In this document: positions 33,111-40,628 of the stretch, one piece after another
Numbering within the stretch: position 1 is the first letter of the stretch
How the letters are laid out: each line of letters begins with the position of its first letter
The notes under the pieces: model-generated
What the model was told of the DNA's origin: nothing
Seen by the model: the letters and a program-made list of their open reading frames with translations, nothing else
The model's database searches: none
Source of the DNA: Candidatus Micrarchaeota archaeon
GTDB taxonomy: Archaea > Micrarchaeota > Micrarchaeia > Micrarchaeales > CABMGC01
Direction: 5' to 3'
DNA length: 64,000 nucleotides
Assembly (NCBI GenBank): GCA_027319905.1
Contig: DAHVMJ010000001.1
Coordinates: forward strand, 11,518-75,517
Program-made: the position numbers and the translations under genes

Positions 33111-33872
33111 CTAGCTACCTGTTATTCGCCCTAGGACCTCTGTCGGATCTTTCTCTATCCCATACGTCTTGCTGAAGTAGTGCAGTATGTTTCCCACGTC
33201 TCTTTCCAAATACCTCGTTGCATCTGGATGCTTGATGCGCACCGCCTGCCCGAAGTCTATCATGTAGGGCATGCCACCGACCATGAGTATGTTGTACTCG
33301 CTCAGGTCTGCGTGCACCAGCTCATTTGCGTAGAGTCTGTGCGTATCCTCCAGGATTGCAGCCAGTGTCTTATCAGGGTCCTGCAGCCCCTCCTCCCTCA
33401 TTGTCTTCGCCGGCTTGCCGTCCTCGCCCAGGAACTCCATCGCGAGAACGTTGCCGCTGAACGCGTAGGGACGCGGTGCGTGTATCTCTGCGGCTTCAGC
33501 GACAAGCAGGTTGCCATATTCTTTCTTGCACCACTCGCTCACTATCGCGAAGATGCTGCCCTTCACCCTGCCGAACCGGGGATCGCCCTCTATGTACTTT
33601 ATGCGGTTCTGGAATCTGGCATTCTCAAGCCTGAAGACCTTGAGCGCGAGGAACTCGCTTCCGACCTTCTCGCCAGCATCTGCCAGATAGACGTCGGCTT
33701 CCTTGCCTCTCGCTATTATGAACTCCATGCTCGCGACCACGCCCTTGTTGAAGAGCTTGCCTATGCGCAGCATGGTCCTGTTGTCGAAAATGCCCTCCTC
33801 TATCTTCAGCTGTTCGTTTATCGGATGCTTCTCCCTGCTTGGCTGCTTCTCCCTGCTCCTGCGTCTTGCCAT
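33111..33872 (-). CDS. rio1: RIO-type serine/threonine protein kinase (Rio1-like)
   Basis: 'GKEADVY', 'LALKVFR', 'LVHADLSEYNILM' and 'IDFGQAV'. Confidence 0.9.
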   Translation of the reverse strand: MARRRSREKQPSREKHPINEQLKIEEGIFDNRTMLRIGKLFNKGVVASMEFIIARGKEADVYLADAGEKVGSEFLALKVFRLENARFQNRIKYIEGDPRFGRVKGSIFAIVSEWCKKEYGNLLVAEAAEIHAPRPYAFSGNVLAMEFLGEDGKPAKTMREEGLQDPDKTLAAILEDTHRLYANELVHADLSEYNILMVGGMPYMIDFGQAVRIKHPDATRYLERDVGNILHYFSKTYGIEKDPTEVLGRITGS

Positions 33873-33921
33873 ACGCTATTTATTCCTAACCAGCTATATC
33901 AATATAGCGCAGCCTGGTTGT

Positions 33922-34563
33922 ATGGGGGAAGTCAAGATAATTGTTGACAAGCGTGAGAGGAACCTAGACATACTCGAGGGGCTTTCTGGCTCTGGAATCA
34001 TGCTCAGCTTCGCGCAGCTCCCTGTTGGTGACTATGTACTGTCAGACAGGATGTGCGTCGAGCGCAAGACGGCGCATGACCTTGAGAGTTCGATAATAAA
34101 TGCGCGACTTTTCGATCAAGTCGAGAGGCTCAGCGGCACTTACAAGAAGCCCATACTGCTGATTGAGGGAGAGGAAAGCGAGTTTGCAATGAACCCTAAC
34201 GTGGTTCTGGGTGCGATAATAAGCGTGTACAGCGACTACAACGTGCAGGTGCTGAGGGCGAGGGACACGGCGGAGACGGTCAGCACGCTTGCGAGGTTGG
34301 CAGAAAGAGAGCAGGAAGAGCGCAGGGAACCGCGCATGCTTGGTTCGAAAAGGGCGCTCAGCAATTCGCAGTGGCAACTCCTCATCCTTAGCTCCATACC
34401 TGGCGTTGGACCCAAGCTCGCGAGATCGCTCATAAGCCACTTCAAGACGGTAAAGAACGTTGTATCTGCAGAGCCTGACGAACTGATGAAGGTAAACAAG
34501 ATTGGGGGAAAGAAAGCGGAGAAGATATACGAGATACTAAACGCGAAGTTCGTTGAGGAGTGA
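33922..34563 (+). CDS. xpf: XPF/ERCC4-family structure-specific nuclease, short form (nuclease + HhH2, no helicase)
   Basis: 'IIVDKRER', 'GDYVLSDRMCVERKTAHDLESSI' and C-terminal 'IPGVGPKLARSLISHF'. Trimmed to Met74 of ORF 33703..34563. Confidence 0.85.
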   Translation: MGEVKIIVDKRERNLDILEGLSGSGIMLSFAQLPVGDYVLSDRMCVERKTAHDLESSIINARLFDQVERLSGTYKKPILLIEGEESEFAMNPNVVLGAIISVYSDYNVQVLRARDTAETVSTLARLAEREQEERREPRMLGSKRALSNSQWQLLILSSIPGVGPKLARSLISHFKTVKNVVSAEPDELMKVNKIGGKKAEKIYEILNAKFVEE

Positions 34564-34594
34564 GCTGCCTAACATGAATTCTTATTAAGAGGGA

Positions 34595-35440
34595 ATGGGA
34601 AGCAATCACGCTGATTCTATGGCTGAGAGGAACAAACAGTACGTGGGTGTGTGCGGTATCTCTACGGTAGAGGAGGCAAAGCGTTCTGTTTCGCTTTTCA
34701 GAGAAGCCGGCTTCGACATGAAGACCGCGCACATTCCGATGTGGGGCTTTCAGGCTTCGTGGAAGACTCTTGCGTTTGGATTCAGCGAAGGCAACAGGCG
34801 TGTGCCAACCAGAGACGACCTACCCTACGTGCTCGAAGCGGTCAACGGCGAAGGCTTCGTAACGATACACTACTACACCAAACAGCCGGAGCTGCTGGTG
34901 CAGCAGCTACGAGCTCTGCTGGAGCTCGGGGCCATATACCGCAGAGGGCTCGTTGATGGAGTACAGCTGAACAAGGTGTGGCCGACCACGGCGCAGATGG
35001 CAGAGATCAAAGCCGAGTTCCCGCAGTTGAAGATCATACTGCAGATGTCCCCGCACGTGACCGCAGGGATGAGCATGGAGCAAGTGGCGGTCAAACTGGC
35101 AAATGGGTACTCCGGAATTGATTACATAATATTGGACTCTTCTGGCGGAAGAGGCATAGAGTTTGACATGCAGGCAATCACATCGGAATACCAGACGCTG
35201 AAGAGCGGCGGAGTGAAATCAGATATTGTATTCGCAGGAGGATTCAGTGGCGAGAATGTCGCAGAGAAGCTGTCCGGGCTTATCAGGGCCACGAACACCA
35301 CATCGTTCTCCATAGACGCTGAGGGAGGCTTGCGAGACAAGCTGGGAGAAGGCTACGGCAACGACGCGTTCAATGCTGAAAAAGCAAGGACATATCTGAA
35401 GGGCGCGGCAGAGGTCTTGCTTCAAGGAAAGAGGACGTAG
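34595..35440 (+). CDS. TIM-barrel protein resembling phosphoribosylanthranilate isomerase (TrpF-like), atypically long
   Basis: 'VGVCGISTVEEA', 'LDSSGGRGIEFDM', 'AGGFSGENV' and 'SIDAEGGLRD' parallel the TrpF blocks (KxCG., DS..GGTG..FDW, AGGL.P.NV, D.SSG.E). Confidence 0.5.
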   Translation: MGSNHADSMAERNKQYVGVCGISTVEEAKRSVSLFREAGFDMKTAHIPMWGFQASWKTLAFGFSEGNRRVPTRDDLPYVLEAVNGEGFVTIHYYTKQPELLVQQLRALLELGAIYRRGLVDGVQLNKVWPTTAQMAEIKAEFPQLKIILQMSPHVTAGMSMEQVAVKLANGYSGIDYIILDSSGGRGIEFDMQAITSEYQTLKSGGVKSDIVFAGGFSGENVAEKLSGLIRATNTTSFSIDAEGGLRDKLGEGYGNDAFNAEKARTYLKGAAEVLLQGKRT

Positions 35441-35466
35441 TTGGAAGCCGTTCCGCGATAAATGGC

Positions 35467-35512
35467 AACGCATTTGTTGAGCGTCGGAGGCAGTGCGTTT
35501 TCTCTTTTCTTC
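35467..35512 (+). terminator. Hairpin (AACGCA...TGCGTT) followed by a T-rich tract
   Basis: Located 27 nt after the stop of the TrpF-like gene: tgcgTTTTcTcTTTTcTTc. Confidence 0.35.
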
Positions 35513-35537
35513 GTGCTGCAAAGCAGAGTGGATGGGA

Positions 35538-35610
35538 GGGGCAGCAGACACCAAGATATTGACGACCTGGGTCGGGGAGAACCAGAAATCGGATGCATGC
35601 CCGTTGCCCC
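35538..35610. ncRNA. Candidate structured RNA (long imperfect hairpin GGGGCAGC...GTTGCCCC); class and strand unknown
   Basis: Lies in a 235-nt gene-free spacer, flanked by the direct repeat GTGCTGCAAA (35513-35522 and 35620-35629) and by terminator-like hairpins on both sides. Confidence 0.2.
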
Positions 35611-35675
35611 CAAACTACTGTGCTGCAAAAGCGTAAATATGTTTGCGCTTTTGACACAAGACATATAACACTTCT

Positions 35676-36140
35676 TCAGCTTTTTGATAACTCTGTTATA
35701 GCGACATCTCCTGCTGCTGAGACGTCGAATTTAAGGGGCACGCGCTCTGCGTTTCTTATCTGGTTTGCTTTGGAAAATCTTGTGAAGATCGCCATGCTTG
35801 TCGCGAATACGAAGAACCTCTTGCTTGTCTTTGCACCCATTTCTTTAAGCGCCTTACCTACATTCATCGTACCGCAGAGGAGCAGGAGCATCTCGATCTG
35901 CACTTCCCTGGCTCGCATGGTGCCGTCCTTCATCCTTATCATGGCGTTTACGAGCGCGGGCAGTACTCTCGGTGCCACCTCTTCCTTGTGATCGAAAAGA
36001 AGCACGAAATCTTTGTCTCTCGATATCGCTTTTGAGCTCTTCACCAATTGTTCTATCCCTTTTGCGTTGCTGCAACTGTAGAGCACGGGCTTGAGCCTGA
36101 ACTCCAGAGGGGTCCCATCTGATACCGTCATCACAATCAA
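35676..36140 (-). CDS. cgi121: KEOPS complex subunit Cgi121-like
   Basis: 'REVQIEMLLLLCGTMNVGKALKEMGAKTSKRFFVFA' resembles the Cgi121 block (E.L...SG.RQI..AI...G). 154 aa. Confidence 0.6.
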   Translation of the reverse strand: MIVMTVSDGTPLEFRLKPVLYSCSNAKGIEQLVKSSKAISRDKDFVLLFDHKEEVAPRVLPALVNAMIRMKDGTMRAREVQIEMLLLLCGTMNVGKALKEMGAKTSKRFFVFATSMAIFTRFSKANQIRNAERVPLKFDVSAAGDVAITELSKS

Positions 36141-36190
36141 TAAAACTCTTTCCTTGTTAATCTATATAACACATTCTGATTTGTGATACA

Positions 36191-36589
36191 ATGAGCCAGT
36201 TCGGTGCACAACTACACGATAAATCCGACCGCGTAGCCTCGGGAAGTGGCAAGCGGAAGAACAGGACAAGAGACAAGAGAAGAAGCGAGATGGGCGGATA
36301 CTTCGCTGCCTCAAAGGTGGGGAGCGAGCAGGTGGTGAAGAAGGTGCGCGCTAGAGGAGGGACAACCAGAGGCGCGCTGCGAAACGTGGCCTTTGCCAAC
36401 GTACTTACCAAACAGGGATACAAGAAAGCGAAGGTGACCGGAGTTATTGAATCGAAAGACAACAGAAACTTTGCTAGACTGGGCATAATAACCAAAGGCG
36501 CGATGATAAACACCGAACTTGGAAAAGCCAGGGTGACAAACAGGCCAGGCCAGGAGGGCAGCATAAACGCCACGCTTATCGAAGGGTGA
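36191..36589 (+). CDS. rps8e: 30S ribosomal protein S8e
   Basis: 'SGKRKNRTRDKRRSEMGG', 'VRARGGTTRGALR' and 'ARVTNRPGQEGSINA'. Confidence 0.9.
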   Translation: MSQFGAQLHDKSDRVASGSGKRKNRTRDKRRSEMGGYFAASKVGSEQVVKKVRARGGTTRGALRNVAFANVLTKQGYKKAKVTGVIESKDNRNFARLGIITKGAMINTELGKARVTNRPGQEGSINATLIEG

Positions 36590-36611
36590 ATGAATACCCG
36601 CAAGAGTCTAC

Positions 36612-37067
36612 GTGCTTGATTCATCTGAAGCACCGGCACTGAAAAAAATGCTCGAGTACGATCCCTACCTTGACCCGAATCTGCTACCTAAGATGCCGAA
36701 GAAGTGGGAGGATGCAGATGATAGTTATTTCTCGGCGCATCCGGAAGAGAAAGAGGATGCTGAGAAACTGAAGAAGCAGATAGAAGACGCCGCTGAGAAG
36801 CTGAAAAACGACAGGGAGGCTAACATCATATTTGCTCGCCAGGACTATCAGCTGCGCGACGGCACGGCCATAGGCCTGGAGAGAGAAAAGAGCTACCTGT
36901 ACCTGAGCGCCGACGACGCTTTTCTCGGAGCCGGAGAAGCAAAGCTCAAGAAGAGCATAAGTTCGCTGCAACGCGCTTCAGAGGACGTGGAGAAGAAGGT
37001 GATAAGCACCATAGATGAAGAGCGGCAGAAATCTGACAGCGGTCTAGGGTTCATATTCGGCCAGTGA
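36612..37067 (+). CDS. Hypothetical acidic protein ending in a ribosomal-stalk-like tail (..SDSGLGFIFGQ)
   Basis: 151-aa ORF (GTG 36612; alternative ATG 36648). Glu/Lys-rich, and the C-terminus resembles the aP1/P0 'GLGALFG' peptide. Confidence 0.5.
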   Translation: MLDSSEAPALKKMLEYDPYLDPNLLPKMPKKWEDADDSYFSAHPEEKEDAEKLKKQIEDAAEKLKNDREANIIFARQDYQLRDGTAIGLEREKSYLYLSADDAFLGAGEAKLKKSISSLQRASEDVEKKVISTIDEERQKSDSGLGFIFGQ

Positions 37068-37071
37068 GAGT

Positions 37072-37992
37072 ATGCATTTCCTAAGCATAAACGACTTCTC
37101 GCGAGACCAGATGAACGCCATATTCGACATAGCGGACCAGATAACCGAGGGAAAGACCACCACGTCGCTAAAGGAAGGCTCGACGCTGGCGCTGTTATTC
37201 GAGAAACCGTCGACGCGCACGCGTGTTTCGTTCGAGGTGGCGATGTCAAGGTTGGGAGGCCGCTCGATATACATCGACAAGAAGACCACGCAGATGTCAA
37301 GGGGAGAGCCCATCTCAGACACCGCACGTATAATGAGCCTTTATGTTGATTTCGTGGCAGCAAGGATGGACCGCCATGAGGATCTGGTAGAGTTTGCAAA
37401 CAACTCGACAGTACCTGTCATAAACGCGCTCACCGATCTCGAACACCCGACTCAGTCGCTGGCAGACATATACACGATAGGCAACGCGAAGAGAAGGATA
37501 AAGGGCGTGCGCATAGCGTTCACGGGAGACATCGCCCAGAACACTTGCAACTCGCTGATGCTCGCGGCCACGAAGCTCGGGGCCGAGATGGCTCTCGTGA
37601 GCCCCAAGAGCTTCCCGCCGAACCCCCAGTACCTCACGCGGGCGAGAGAGTATGGGGTCGTAGACATATTCGACAGCATGCAGGACGGTCTGGCGGGCGC
37701 AGACATCATATACACGGACACGTTCGCCTCGATTAGCGACACGTTTGGAAAGGTGGACCAGGACGAGGTTGAGAAGAGGAAGAGGATATTTGCCCCCTAT
37801 CAGGTCAACGCAAAGGCGCTGCAGTATGCTGACAAAGAAGTACTCGTGATGCACCCGCTGCCGGCGTTCAGAGGGCAGGAGATAACCGCTGATGTCCTCG
37901 ATGGCTCGAGGAGCATAGTCTGGGACCAGGCGAAGAACAAGCTTGTCATTGAGCAGGCCATACTGATGTACCTGTCTGAAAAGAGCGCGTAA
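37072..37992 (+). CDS. Carbamoyltransferase of the OTC/ATC family, OTC-like but with altered substrate motifs
   Basis: 'STRTRVSFE', 'QMSRGEPISDTARIMS' (OTC-like) and 'HPTQSLAD'. However 'DTFASISD' replaces D...SMG, and 'HPLPAFRGQE' replaces HCLP. Confidence 0.75.
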   Translation: MHFLSINDFSRDQMNAIFDIADQITEGKTTTSLKEGSTLALLFEKPSTRTRVSFEVAMSRLGGRSIYIDKKTTQMSRGEPISDTARIMSLYVDFVAARMDRHEDLVEFANNSTVPVINALTDLEHPTQSLADIYTIGNAKRRIKGVRIAFTGDIAQNTCNSLMLAATKLGAEMALVSPKSFPPNPQYLTRAREYGVVDIFDSMQDGLAGADIIYTDTFASISDTFGKVDQDEVEKRKRIFAPYQVNAKALQYADKEVLVMHPLPAFRGQEITADVLDGSRSIVWDQAKNKLVIEQAILMYLSEKSA

Positions 37993-38053
37993 CGCCAATG
38001 ATTAAATAGGCGGCCTGGAATAACGATCGAAGGTTTGGGGGATAAGGGGTTGC

Positions 38054-38533
38054 ATGACAGAAAACTGCGTATTTTGTAAAATATACGCCGAGAACGCTGA
38101 CGTGGTGTTCGAGACGCGCAAGTTTGCGGGCCAGTTCGATAAGTTCCCAGTAGCGCCAGGGCACATGGAGGTGTTCACCAAGAGGCACGTGGCAGATTTC
38201 TTCGAGCTGACGAATGACGAACGCAGGGATCTCCTGGTCGCACTTCAGAGGGGGCTCGAGGCGACCAGAACCGCGGATCTGCGCACCGTTTACAGGCGGT
38301 TCATAGATAAGCCTCTCAACGCGAAATCTGCAGAGTTCTGCAAGGACGCGTTGCTCAACCTCGAACTGAGAAGCCGCAGGGATGGGGAGAACATAGGGAT
38401 AAACAACGGCAGAGCCGCAGGAAGAACTGTAGACCACCTGCACGCGCACATAATTCCGAGATACGTCGGCGACATGGCAAACCCGGCGGGAGGGGTGCGG
38501 TACGTCATTCCTGAAAAAGGAAACTACAAATGA
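38054..38533 (+). CDS. HIT-family nucleotide hydrolase/transferase
   Basis: 'CVFCKI' and the histidine triad 'HLHAHIIPR'. Confidence 0.85.
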   Translation: MTENCVFCKIYAENADVVFETRKFAGQFDKFPVAPGHMEVFTKRHVADFFELTNDERRDLLVALQRGLEATRTADLRTVYRRFIDKPLNAKSAEFCKDALLNLELRSRRDGENIGINNGRAAGRTVDHLHAHIIPRYVGDMANPAGGVRYVIPEKGNYK

Positions 38534-38542
38534 CGTGGCAAG

Positions 38543-39112
38543 ATGGCGCAGACAAACGTCATGGAAATCGCTCCGATAACGCTAGATAAGAGATATCAGC
38601 TCTGTGCAGGTCTGATGAGGCAGTCAAAGAGTGACAACGAGAGATATGGTTGCATAATAGTAAAAGACGGAGCTGTGGTGGGGACCGGACAAAACAGGGC
38701 GATATCGCATCCGCACTTCAGGCTTGAAAGGGAGATAAGACAGGGCTATAGCAATCATGCGGAGATTGAGGGGCTGAACGACGTCCTGATGAAGACAAAA
38801 CGCAGGAGCGACGCTCTGGAAACGCTAAAGGATGCGGACATTTTCGTTTCAGGATATTTCCCGAGGACGAAGCAGCTCTTCTTCCACGACAGGTATACGT
38901 GCATAAGGTGTCCTCCTCATATGAGGCGTTTCGATATCAGAAGCGTAAACATCCCGCTGCCCACGCGCTGGGTCAGAAAGGGAGTCGACGATGCTTTGAA
39001 AGAGGCGAGGGAGTTCACCAACGGAACACATCGAAAGAGGCTCGTGGCTACCGTCGGTTCTTTCAGCATAGATCGCGCCGTCGGCGTCCATACGCAGGAG
39101 CTGGCCAGATAG
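38543..39112 (+). CDS. Cytidine/deoxycytidylate deaminase-family protein
   Basis: 'HAEIEGL' (H-A-E zinc/catalytic motif) and a downstream 'CIRCPPHM' Cys pair. Confidence 0.7.
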   Translation: MAQTNVMEIAPITLDKRYQLCAGLMRQSKSDNERYGCIIVKDGAVVGTGQNRAISHPHFRLEREIRQGYSNHAEIEGLNDVLMKTKRRSDALETLKDADIFVSGYFPRTKQLFFHDRYTCIRCPPHMRRFDIRSVNIPLPTRWVRKGVDDALKEAREFTNGTHRKRLVATVGSFSIDRAVGVHTQELAR

Positions 39113-39180
39113 GCATGCGGGTAAGGGTTGCGGCCTGGAACCTATTTATTTCTGACATTTTACATCTAAGCTGACAGATT

Positions 39181-39921
39181 ATGACAACCTATCCAATAGT
39201 TGAACGGAAATATTTCATAAGCGAGAAGATAGACGAGACACAGGAGGTTCTGATAATCGGCATGAGACCCGAGGACGGCAAGCCCAATTCGTTCGATCCG
39301 GGCATGTTCATGATGATATCGGGAATCGACAAGCAGACGGGCGAGAAGCACGTTGCTCGTGCCATGTCAATTGCCTCAGACCCCTCTTCCGTCAACGTTG
39401 AGTTCTTCGTGATAAAGAATCCGATACACGGAGAACACATAGGCAGGTCGCACTTCGCTGATGTTGAGATCAACGATCCTTTCGTGCTCAAAGGGCCAAG
39501 CGGCCAGTTCAGGTTCGACCCGAACAAGGACAAGAAGGTGCTCTTCATCGCGGGCGGAACCGGACTTTCGCCCTTCATGTCCATGCTAAGGCACATGCGT
39601 GTTCTGGGCACAAATGCTGACATAGTGATGCTCTACAGCATAAAGTATCCGACAGAGATAATCAGGAAGCAGGAGCTCGCCGAGATGGAGAAGACGTTGA
39701 ATCTGAGGACGATTGTTACAGTGACCAGACCCGCACCAGGGGACGGATGGACTGGGCAGACGGGGCACGTGGATTCGAGCATGATACAGAAGTACGCCAC
39801 CGATTTCCCGGAAAGAATGGCCTACGTGTGCGGTCCGCTTGCGTTCGTGAAGGCAGTCAAAGATGCGCTGACGGCATTGAACGTTCCGGCAAATAGAGTA
39901 AGCGCCGACGTGTGGGGCTAG
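39181..39921 (+). CDS. FAD/NAD(P)-binding oxidoreductase (ferredoxin-NADP reductase-like fold)
   Basis: 'RAMSIAS' (RxYS-like FAD motif), 'VLFIAGGTGLSPFMSML' and 'YVCGP'. Confidence 0.75.
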   Translation: MTTYPIVERKYFISEKIDETQEVLIIGMRPEDGKPNSFDPGMFMMISGIDKQTGEKHVARAMSIASDPSSVNVEFFVIKNPIHGEHIGRSHFADVEINDPFVLKGPSGQFRFDPNKDKKVLFIAGGTGLSPFMSMLRHMRVLGTNADIVMLYSIKYPTEIIRKQELAEMEKTLNLRTIVTVTRPAPGDGWTGQTGHVDSSMIQKYATDFPERMAYVCGPLAFVKAVKDALTALNVPANRVSADVWG

Positions 39922-40160
39922 CCTGCTATTCGGCTCTTTCAAACTCGAGATCGACAACAGCATCTTCGGGCAGGTCGAAGCCGTACTGTTCCTTTATCTT
40001 CTTTGCGGCAAGCTCTTTGAACTGGCGCATGGTCGTTTTTTCGTTGGCTTCCACCATCACGGTGTAGGTGAAGTCGCTACCGCTTACAGTTACCCTGTAC
40101 TTTTTCTCTCCGCTTATGCCACTCGCCTATAAAAAGAGCCGAAAGGAAGAGCGGGCCGCA

Positions 40161-40523
40161 TCAGCTGGCCTTTGAGGTGGACGAGGAGACGCTTTCTACT
40201 ATGTTCTCGCACTTCTCAACCAGCTTGATCACGTCCTTTAGCCTTGGGTTGATGCCATAGCCAAGATCGTAGCCGCGTTCTGTGCGTATGTGAGTTGGCT
40301 GAAGCACGCTTAGGTTCATCGACAGATTCCTGAGCGTGATGATCAGCGTCTTTCTGGTGAACTGTTTGCCGAGTATCTGGTAGAGTTCCCTCGTAGTCCT
40401 GGGAGACTTCTCCATCAGCAGTTTCAGAACCGCGAAGTTAGGTTTGCTCAGCACCTTTCTGAGCATCCAGATCTTGTCTTCGCCCCTCTCTCTCCTTGCC
40501 ATACGCGTTAAATTCGATACCAA
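40161..40523 (-). CDS. Winged-helix DNA-binding protein, divergent from the pilus ATPase
   Basis: 'FAVLKLLMEKSPRTTRELYQILGKQFTRKTLIITLRNL' is ArsR/TrmB-like wHTH. Confidence 0.5.
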   Translation of the reverse strand: MVSNLTRMARRERGEDKIWMLRKVLSKPNFAVLKLLMEKSPRTTRELYQILGKQFTRKTLIITLRNLSMNLSVLQPTHIRTERGYDLGYGINPRLKDVIKLVEKCENIVESVSSSTSKAS

Positions 40524-40628
40524 ATTATATAAATGTAACCAGTCTTGCCATCGCGTAGCGGCGGTGAACCGCGGTAAAATGCAAAGAAACGGAAAGATAT
40601 AAGAATATTGAGCGACACTATACTACAT

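Noticed and set aside
33180-33947. 255-aa plus-strand ORF, and the first 73 codons of ORF 33703..34563
   Set aside because: They are antisense to the RIO kinase gene. The XPF gene is trimmed to ATG 33922, where the conserved 'IIVDKRER' begins.
35441-35675. RNase P RNA or a second SRP-like RNA in the 235-nt spacer
   Set aside because: No CR-I (GAGGAAAGTCC-like) or CR-V motif occurs on either strand, and the spacer is too short. It is kept only as an unclassified RNA candidate.
37315-37998. 227-aa minus-strand ORF
   Set aside because: It is antisense to the transcarbamylase gene across its whole length.
39926-40120. Minus-strand small ORF (..SGEKKYRVTVSGSDFTYTVMVEANEKTTMRQFKELAAKKIKEQYGFDLPEDAVVDLEFERAE)
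   Set aside because: The sequence looks protein-like, but the open frame has no ATG/GTG/TTG until the internal 'VMV', which leaves only 43 aa. The upstream TATA is too close for the longer form. It cannot be supported without comparative data.
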